Shown one piece after another: positions 14,633-23,906 of a stretch of DNA of 64,000 nt. How positions within the stretch are numbered: the stretch's first letter is position 1; every line of letters starts with the position of its first letter. The position numbers and the translations under genes were made by a program. Source of the DNA: Fimbriosthenelais zetlandica (lineage: Eukaryota); assembly GCA_977030845.1 (NCBI GenBank), contig OZ365109.1, positions 53,010,001-53,074,000 of the forward strand. The letters are read 5' to 3'. A model generated the notes under the pieces. The model did not search any database. It saw only the letters and a program-made list of their open reading frames with translations, and was not told the DNA's origin.

Positions 14633-17600
14633 ATATCCTGAGAGAAAGAAAACCACCACTGTCGACTTCACCGTGATGGCCACTATTTATGGTGAACAGC
14701 ACAGGAAGTGACGTAGGCAAGTGCTGAGGGGATTCCCCAAAGGTCCTCAAAATCCCTCTATCCAACCGTGGCCATCTGAGCACGGTGGCGGCCCCCTATG
14801 TCGAAAAAACTCTGTTCCTAACCCCTCCCCCATTCTGATTGGCTAAGACAAGTTCACAACAAACATCATGTGAAGTCCTATGTTACAAGATGGCTGAACC
14901 CATAAATCAGTAATGTTTTCTACTGGCTATAAGTTTGTAGTGAAATCAAGAATCTATAAGGTCAGAACTTTTCTTTGGTCGAACTAGGCATATATATTAT
15001 AGATTAGCCTAGGTATGCCCACTGAAATCTTCGTGAAAGATTTTGGTCAGGGTTGTTGTCTGCGGAGGTCTGTATTTGAACAAGCATCTGAGTAAAATTG
15101 ATAAGTGGTATTAGTTACAGCCGAATCCCGCTTCTGTAATGGCACTGACCCCCGACTCAATATTGATCGTGTTCAATGTCCTCTCCATAACAACTAGGTT
15201 CAATCTAAAAGCAATAAGTGCCTGCTTAAAGGGTCGATCTCAATGTGGAATAGGAACCAGGTCTTCCATTATTGCTTTTATACCTTAAGCTCTTTTTTTC
15301 TCTGGATACTATTATTTCTGATCTTTTTATGGTTCTGAGTAGAATAAGTAACGACCAATTTGGGCTGGGTTTAAGTTGTTAGTATAGAGATCCATGATTT
15401 GATTGCTTTCTTGCCTTTTCGGTGGATGCATTAAATGATAAGGACTGTCATTCTATTAGCTCCAGTTGGTCATTTGTAGGTTTTTCAGAGGCCCCTCTAC
15501 ACTCCACAATGTAAATAAAGACAGCCTGGTGGCCCAGAGAACACGTCTAGATTACATTTGAAGTCTGGGCCTAGTGTCAAAGAGTACACGCCTTTACGGT
15601 GCCTTGTTAGAAGAGTTCTCTCGCACTCTTTTCCCTCTCCCTCCACTATGTCTTTCTAGATGTGGATGTATTGCTCGACGGAGGGAAAGGTGTGAGAGAA
15701 ACGGTGGACTCATTCAGGGGGTGCAAAAATTATATTGCATGTAATGTATAGAAGATGAAAGCCAAGCCATCCTGCTTCACCCCGCTTGCTTGAAATTAGG
15801 GCAGAATTTCTGTTCTAAATTATTGTGCAAGAAATTCTCTCTGGACTAAGGGCTCATTTCAGAGGTGTTCGAGCGAATTCTTAATTTGACTTCCACTCAA
15901 GTGTGACTTGTGAATTATGCTGGCCCTCAACTGTTCTAATCCTAACCACTCTGTCAAGCCCTCTTTAAGCCTTACCGTGTTTACCGTAGACAACCAAGGC
16001 GTTTGCCACAGGCTTTTCAACCACCTCTAATTGAATTGAGCTCAGGTAAGGTGGACTGTTGAACAGAACTCTAAGGTGGGCTAGTGGCGCAATTCAATTT
16101 GGCCCTGATTGATTCCAATGTGTGCTTTCAGAATACAGAGCCTTTCCCTAAGACTCACTTCAAGTATAGCTTACGGTCTCTTGTAGGGCTTTCACCTGCT
16201 CCTTATGCCAGGCTCTGATCATTGGTAGGGGACTACATATATATACTGATCCCTTGTATGGGGTTTAAGCAGGGCTACCAGTCCGATTGGGATTACATGT
16301 AATAAGTATAGCCCACGACTGGAATCAAAAGCTTCATAAGATTATCACTCATGGGTCAATAACCAAGGGCCTGTTTCAGAACAACCATTAGCAATGCCAA
16401 GTCTATGGGAAATTTTGACGCTGAAACGGACCTCAGGTCACCCATCCTGATGGGACTGGAATGAATCCTTCCCTATCATAGGCCTATGATCATCTGTAAA
16501 TTTGTAAAGAAAGAATAAATCCATTGTGTAAAAACAATAGATATCTAATATAGGACTGTTTTACCCCCTGACCTGGCCTTTGCTGTGATATTAAAGGAAA
16601 CATTCGATGAAACATAACTGATGGGTCAAGCATACAGTGGTATGGAATACTATCATTTCATGATTATTTTGATGAAATAAATACGTACTGTTTAGGAGTA
16701 ATCGCCGTTTCAAAATCTGACAAATAGCACTGGCAACTTTTGACCTTCCAATTCAACAAGGTGGCCATCTTGCCCGGAAGTGGGAGAACTATTCCTTTTA
16801 TATCCACGAGGTGGTAGTAGTGTGCCATATGGTATTCACCATGAAACTGTCCCTGTCATGCCCAGTCCAATGGGACACTACTGTCCTCTACAGTGAAAAG
16901 CATGTACAGTTGAAACTGTCTGAATTAATAAGTATGAGTGACATACTGTATATATGTAGCAGAAGATTCATTCTGTCGCCAATTAAGCACCTAGAATTGA
17001 AAAATCCTCCCAGTTCATGTGGGAAATGCAGTTGAAGATAACCAGGTTCACCTTTTTCCAGATTATTATGGGGCAGCCACCAATCAATATGTAATTAAGC
17101 TCGCTTCAATTGTTCAATACTTTTCACAGTTCATAACGTTATGGATGCCTCCTAATGATTTATACTGCCTTCAGAATGAAATAATATATTGTGGAGAATT
17201 TGGTTGTCGGTATTGAGTTAGATTTTATTCCTCTTCTTGTATTCATTTCAAACGAAGCGTTTTCTATTTCTGGTTAGAGCCCCAAGCTATATAGATCCTA
17301 TCTACATTTCTAAAATGACAGTCCCAAGTATTAAATTCAGTGGTGGAAGTTCCCAAGGAAAGAATGTTACTGTCTCATTGTTCTGAGACTGAATCAAGTC
17401 TGTGTCCGTGTAATTGCATATTTCTTTTTATTCTACTTGGATTATTCGATGAACAAGAGAAGTATTCGAGGTACAAATGTAATTAAATTTGTTCGTTGTC
17501 ATTCTTTTTACCCATATATCGTCATGTTGTATATCTGTGAATATTGATAGACTCGTGAACTAACGTTACTCCTGAAAAGGTTTAGTTTCGGATCTGTATG

Positions 17601-18954
17601 GCCACTTTCCACCTTGAACATTTTATCTATTCAATCTCTTGAACTTTCGATCCGAAGACGGAGGTGTTCATCACAGGTCCATAATTGTTTTATTACATAC
17701 TTGTAAAATTTCTCTTCACTTGAATACACTCATAAAATGCCCTGGTCTTGATCTATATGTCCTTTTCATATAGATCGCGATAACATTTTATTAAACCGGG
17801 AACTGATAACTTATTGGATATTTTCCAATCGAGCACTTCTCATATAGTTTTTTTAGTCGATGGGTCATGGGTAAATTCAACTGGATTTTTTGGGCCTTGC
17901 GTGTATTTTGTTGCCGTGATAATTGTGGCACATGTGCCTCACCACACATAATTATATGTAATACAGCCCACAAGTTTATGCAATACAGCACGCTATCCTT
18001 GCAGTTACACCGTGGTCTCGGGTCACCGGACTATCCAAGTGGCGTCTTGCAAAGTTTGATTGGGTAAATGTGTACATTTCAGTATACTTAAGGGCCCAGT
18101 GAACCATGCAACTCACACAGTGAACCTAGTGGCCGTCTGTGAACCCAATCTCTCGTGGCAGTGAATGAACTGAATGCCCCACAATGCCTCGTTTGAATGA
18201 CGATGTACGACCCTAGATCTGAATGCCAGTGACAAGTTAATATCCCCCCACCCAAGACGATCCCCCCGCCCACCCCCCACCTTGGACTATTCCCCCCTTG
18301 GAGAACTCCCCCTCCCACTAGGACAACCCCCTTGAATTGTATTGTAGCGCTGTAGAAATGCCAATGAAAATTGGGTTTAAAGTAAAACAAACATCTTTGT
18401 CCCCTTCTACGGCCTTTCCCTCCTCCTCCTCCTCCTCCTCCTCCTGGTCCTCACCCCATCTGTCCCTTTCCACGGCCTTCTTCCTGTTCCTCACCTCCAT
18501 TGTCCCCTTCCAAGCCTTCTCTTGTCTAGTCTGCCTTTCTGCGAGTTCTACTGAACTTCTGGCATAAGCAACCTGTAGAAATACACCTATATTTGCATAT
18601 TCTGAGGTCAAAAATTCTCTAAAAGTCAGAAAAATAGGTTAATTAGCCTGATTCATTCATGGTGCATTGTGCTGGTAGGTGACGACACGCAAGGCCAAGT
18701 TTCTCATTGTTTGTACAGAGCATGAGGGATTCATAGCCCTCAAGGTGATTTCTTATTTGAGTCATTTTCCCTAATTTTCTTTCATTAGCAGCCACCTATT
18801 TAGGTTACTATTCAATTTACTAGAAAAATATAACCCATTGAGGTTAAATGCATTTGTGTAGATAGTACCATCATCCAAAAAGTTTTTATAGGAAAGACCA
18901 CCCAAACCAAAACATACGAGTTCGTAATTTAAGTAGAACTCATCCGATCTAATG

Positions 18955-19006
18955 TAGGTTCCGCACAAATGATCACATAGATTCCGCACAAATGATCACA
19001 TAGGTT
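18955..19006. repeat. 23-bp tandem repeat x2 (also present at +1916)
   Basis: TAG(G/A)TTCCGCACAAATGATCACA twice, followed by TAGGTT. Confidence 0.9.
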
Positions 19007-19130
19007 AGCAGCATAATTATCACACAGAATTTTAAGTAGCTGAGACAATGGCAGGGGGCGTGATACCCCGAGGGTGCGGCATAGACAGCTCTACCCTACA
19101 TCCTTTCATGTATACATATATGGTCATGTA

Positions 19131-19300
19131 CAGTGGAACCTCACAAATAAAACTACTCGTGGGAGTAGTAAAATGACATAAAGACCACATTTAATGTGGT
19201 CTTTATTCCGAGGTGGTTTCAGTTTTGTATTTCGGCCAGGATCAGGAGTGTGTACTATAGAAATGTACATGTACATTTACATGTTTAATTTCTCCCACTG
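19131..19300. mobile_element. Tc1/mariner-type MITE remnant (also present at +1916)
   Basis: TA-CAGTGGAACCTC start, internal hairpins (ACTACTC-GTGG-GAGTAGT; ATAAAGACCACAT-TTA-ATGTGGTCTTTAT at 19178-19206) and a short CCACTG right end. Confidence 0.4.
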
Positions 19301-20319
19301 TTCGTCAGGGTACAATTGTGCACAGAATAATAAATATAGTTAATGTGAAATATATTATATATAATTAAAAGAGTATAGGTAACCCGAACAAAATTATTTG
19401 TTCATATTAAAATGTTTTATTAGTTTCAAATCAAATCAATAGGCTACTATATGTGCTGTGTTTTCATTAGATGTGTTTAAAGTCGGACATGGCCATTCAG
19501 CGCTACGCTATTTTTGTGAGTGAAATTGAGAAAAGTACACCTTTATGCGTATTGTCCCTTCAAGATTTCTTCCAGTTGGACAGTCTGAAATAGGAATTTC
19601 CTCTAGTATTTGCTGTCATTACATTTATTTTTTTAAATGTTATTAGAAATATAAGTATATAAGTATATTTTTTTTATTAAAATTAAACAGATACATGCCT
19701 CTGTTCAGAGTATTATCAGTACTGTTTTTAACATATTTACAATTATAACACATTCAATATTTATGTATGTGTACATCAGTTATTAGATTGTTATATCTAG
19801 ATTTCCATAATTAATATAACAATTTTCTTTCTTGTATTTGTATCACCATTCTTCCCTCACATATGCCCTTGTCAATCACCCCCCTCTTAGAAACAATAAA
19901 GGCTCTAGCCTGGTGCGAGCCAGTCTGGAGATAAGACTTACTCATTCATTCCTCCTCTTCATCATACAATTACCTTAATATTTCGGACACATACATAAGA
20001 CAATAACAGCACCTCTCTTCATAACAAGATAAACCGCGCACCATTTTGCATTGTTAATACATTAATATGAAAGAAATTACAAATAAAATACCAGCTCACA
20101 GTTTGTCTGAATATGCATTACATCCTTAAATTTCACCAGTAACAACTATTATATAAAGTGAGTCAATTTAACTAGTTATGCCTAGTATATTTTCCATAAA
20201 AAATTATTGTTCTGACAGTAGTATTTAACTCTTTTTTTAAATTGTCACATGTTGGTAAGTCCCTTAATTCTTCCCTTAAGTTATTCCATATACAAACTCC
20301 TGTACACAACGTTGTATTT

Positions 20320-22237
20320 CTTCTACGGCCTTTCCCTCCTCCTCCTCCTCCTCCTCCTCCTGGTCCTCACCCCATCTGTCCCTTTCCACGGCCTTCTTCC
20401 TGTTCCTCACCTCCATTGTCCCCTTCCAAGCCTTCTCTTGTCTAGTCTGCCTTTCTGCGAGTTCTACTGAACTTCTGGCATAAGCAACCTGTAGAAATAC
20501 ACCTATATTTGCATATTCTGAGGTCAAAAATTCTCTAAAAGTCAGAAAAATAGGTTAATTAGCCTGATTCATTCATGGTGCATTGTGCTGGTAGGTGACG
20601 ACACGCAAGGCCAAGTTTCTCATTGTTTGTACAGAGCATGAGGGATTCATAGCCCTCAAGGTGATTTCTTATTTGAGTCATTTTCCCTAATTTTCTTTCA
20701 TTAGCAGCCACCTATTTAGGTTACTATTCAATTTACTAGAAAAATATAACCCATTGAGGTTAAATGCATTTGTGTAGATAGTACCATCATCCAAAAAGTT
20801 TTTATAGGAAAGACCACCCAAACCAAAACATACGAGTTCGTAATTTAAGTAGAACTCATCCGATCTAATGTAGGTTCCGCACAAATGATCACATAGGTTC
20901 CGCACAAATGATCACATAGGTTAGCAGCATAATTATCACACAGAATTTTAAGTAGCTGAGACAATGGCAGGGGGCGTGATACCCCGAGGGTGCGGCATAG
21001 ACAGCTCTACCCTACATCCTTTCATGTATACATATATGGTCATGTACAGTGGAACCTCACAAATAAAACTACTCGTGGGAGTAGTAAAATGACATAAAGA
21101 CCACATTTAATGTGGTCTTTATTCCGAGGTGGTTTCAGTTTTGTATTTCGGCCAGGATCAGGAGTGTGTACTATAGAAATGTACATGTACATTTACATGT
21201 TTAATTTCTCCCACTGTTCGTCAGGGTACAATTGTGCACAGAATAATAAATATAGTTAATGTGAAATATATTATATATAATTAAAAGAGTATAGGTAACC
21301 CGAACAAAATTATTTGTTCATATTAAAATGTTTTATTAGTTTCAAATCAAATCAATAGGCTACTATATGTGCTGTGTTTTCATTAGATGTGTTTAAAGTC
21401 GGACATGGCCATTCAGCGCTACGCTATTTTTGTGAGTGAAATTGAGAAAAGTACACCTTTATGCGTATTGTCCCTTCAAGATTTCTTCCAGTTGGACAGT
21501 CTGAAATAGGAATTTCCTCTAGTATTTGCTGTCATTACATTTATTTTTTTAAATGTTATTAGAAATATAAGTATATAAGTATATTTTTTTTATTAAAATT
21601 AAACAGATACATGCCTCTGTTCAGAGTATTATCAGTACTGTTTTTAACATATTTACAATTATAACACATTCAATATTTATGTATGTGTACATCAGTTATT
21701 AGATTGTTATATCTAGATTTCCATAATTAATATAACAATTTTCTTTCTTGTATTTGTATCACCATTCTTCCCTCACATATGCCCTTGTCAATCACCCCCC
21801 TCTTAGAAACAATAAAGGCTCTAGCCTGGTGCGAGCCAGTCTGGAGATAAGACTTACTCATTCATTCCTCCTCTTCATCATACAATTACCTTAATATTTC
21901 GGACACATACATAAGACAATAACAGCACCTCTCTTCATAACAAGATAAACCGCGCACCATTTTGCATTGTTAATACATTAATATGAAAGAAATTACAAAT
22001 AAAATACCAGCTCACAGTTTGTCTGAATATGCATTACATCCTTAAATTTCACCAGTAACAACTATTATATAAAGTGAGTCAATTTAACTAGTTATGCCTA
22101 GTATATTTTCCATAAAAAATTATTGTTCTGACAGTAGTATTTAACTCTTTTTTTAAATTGTCACATATTGGTAAGTCCCTTAATTCTTCCCTTAAGTTAT
22201 TCCATATACAAACTCCTGTACACAACGTTGTATTTCT
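20320..22237. repeat. Tandem duplication, copy 2
   Basis: Near-identical to 18404-20321, with 2-bp (CT) microhomology at the junction 20320-20321. Confidence 0.97.
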
Positions 22238-22605
22238 ATATTTACTTGTTTTAAATTTTTGGAATGCTCGTGATCTGTTCGATACGAATCTGCAACTAAT
22301 TGAAAATCCATTTTTGCTTTAGACTCCTTTAGTGACAACACGTCACATATATATATACACATGATTCACATATTGTGGCATCCGTGACATACCAGTGACC
22401 CCCCATTATAATACTCTCTGCCTCTGATCTGCCTATTTTCGGCAGGGTTGAAAGTCCCAGTGGCAAATCCATGGTCAAAGCGCAAAGCCAAAATTATAAA
22501 TAATTATTTATAATTATGAATAATTATTTATATTTATAAATAATTATATGTGTCCGGTATATAATTATACATACCCCGTTCCATTCATTGAGCACTATTT
22601 GTCTG

Positions 22606-23667
22606 TTAAGGGTACCTGGTATTTCCCCTCGCCCACATTATATCAAACGGCCAGTTCCGATCACATGTTTTTGGAGACAATTGTTTTAGCTCCCTCGTTT
22701 CAAAAATGCGTGTAAAACCTCGTTTCTCAAGAAATTCCATCATATTCCATGTCAAGTTCCTCTCTTTCGTCACCTCCAATGTTCTGCTGCAGTGTTTCCT
22801 GAGATGACCAAATTCCATGAAAATATTTGGAATTTCAATAGCGTCAAAAAAGTGGCTGGCTTTCGCCAGGGCTAAACTTTCCGCTCCCTCAATGTCTATC
22901 TTCACGATAGCTTTAGTAATATTCCTGGCTCGTAGTAAAGGCACCAAGTCATCCATGTAGATGCTATCCACGGAGATACAGGCATTATTCACACAAGCCT
23001 CTTTCCCACCCAAAATATTGGTCGCTCCTAGATTTGGGTAGACAATCCTCAAGAAAGCTTCCTCTCGTTTGTTGGACAAAGCGTTGATAACTAAACTAAT
23101 ATTCTCCTCAAATTTGTTGAGTTTGATAGCCTTGTGGAATCGAAGAAAGTTGTTTGGAAGGGGCTCGATTGAAATGACTTTTCGACCCATGGCTGCAGCT
23201 GTTAAGGAGAAAGTGCCGATGTTTGCCCCAATATCAATAACACTGAGGTCCCTATCTCTGTATAGGGCTCTCTTAAATTGTGACACAATTTTAGGCTCCC
23301 AGACACCTCGTGCCTTAATCGTACCAGATACTCGGACATCTTGTTTAGTATTATGGATACATATTTGGAATGAGGGATGCATCTTAAATGGTAAACACAT
23401 CCCATTGTCAATACTTGGTTTTGTCAAATCAAGCATTGTGAAATAATTGTTATCTGAGTCATTCACGGTTGCAATCTTTAGGTGTGGCCTGGATACGGGA
23501 ATATATGTCCAATGTAGCTGCCCAGCTGAATCCACTTGCAGTCTGAAGAGTTTGATAAATCCTTGATATATGGGAGTTTCTAAGGTATAGAATAGAAAAC
23601 CCAAACCCATCATCATTATAAGTCCTGCGAAATAGTTCGACTTTATATTTGACATGTTGAGGGACAT
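22606..23667 (-). CDS. FkbM-family (Methyltransf_21 / TIGR01444-like) SAM-dependent methyltransferase, predicted type II membrane protein, 353 aa, single coding exon
   Basis: ATG at 23667, TAA at 22606-22608. Motifs VIDIGANIGTFSL (SAM-binding motif I), ISIEPL, VKIDIEGAE and IFMEF. Hydrophobic segment YFAGLIMMMGLGFLFYTL at about aa 12-29. Sequons NDS, NIS, NIT and NLT lie after the TM segment. An in-frame stop lies upstream of the ATG. Confidence 0.93.
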   Translation of the reverse strand: MSLNMSNIKSNYFAGLIMMMGLGFLFYTLETPIYQGFIKLFRLQVDSAGQLHWTYIPVSRPHLKIATVNDSDNNYFTMLDLTKPSIDNGMCLPFKMHPSFQICIHNTKQDVRVSGTIKARGVWEPKIVSQFKRALYRDRDLSVIDIGANIGTFSLTAAAMGRKVISIEPLPNNFLRFHKAIKLNKFEENISLVINALSNKREEAFLRIVYPNLGATNILGGKEACVNNACISVDSIYMDDLVPLLRARNITKAIVKIDIEGAESLALAKASHFFDAIEIPNIFMEFGHLRKHCSRTLEVTKERNLTWNMMEFLEKRGFTRIFETRELKQLSPKTCDRNWPFDIMWARGNTRYP

Positions 23668-23884
23668 CCTTGTGAAGTTGTTGGTTCTTTAAAATACACT
23701 TCCCTGATGCCAGTCACTCCTTAGCCTATTTGCCTATGAACGTAAATTTGGTTTTCTGCAGTTGGGGGTTAGAACATAGAATGGCTTACTTCCTCCTCAT
23801 TGTTATTCGTTCGGAACTGAACCAGAACGACTCCTTGGAACAACTTTCAGCGAATGAGCATGCAGTAAATATATATATGCCCCC

Positions 23885-23906
23885 GGCCACTTCCGGCCAC
23901 TTCCTT
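23885..23906 (-). promoter_or_regulatory. Tandem ETS/GABP-type sites upstream of the methyltransferase
   Basis: Minus strand reads AAGGAAGTGGCCGGAAGTGGCC, two GGAAGTG cores about 220 bp upstream of the ATG. Confidence 0.4.

Larger units (their letters stand above)
18404..20319. repeat. Tandem duplication, copy 1 (1916-bp unit)
   Basis: Repeats with period 1916 at 20320-22237, and the ORF track shows duplicated ORFs (18771..18989 = 20687..20905). Two substitutions seen by eye: 18981 A vs 20897 G, and 20251 G vs 22167 A. Confidence 0.97.

Noticed and set aside
16591-16610. TTAA-AGG and TTAA-AGC starts (also at 46559) as Kolobok left ends
   Set aside because: No matching right TIR was found in the window.
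23069-23446. 125-aa plus-strand ORF
   Set aside because: Antisense shadow of the methyltransferase CDS.
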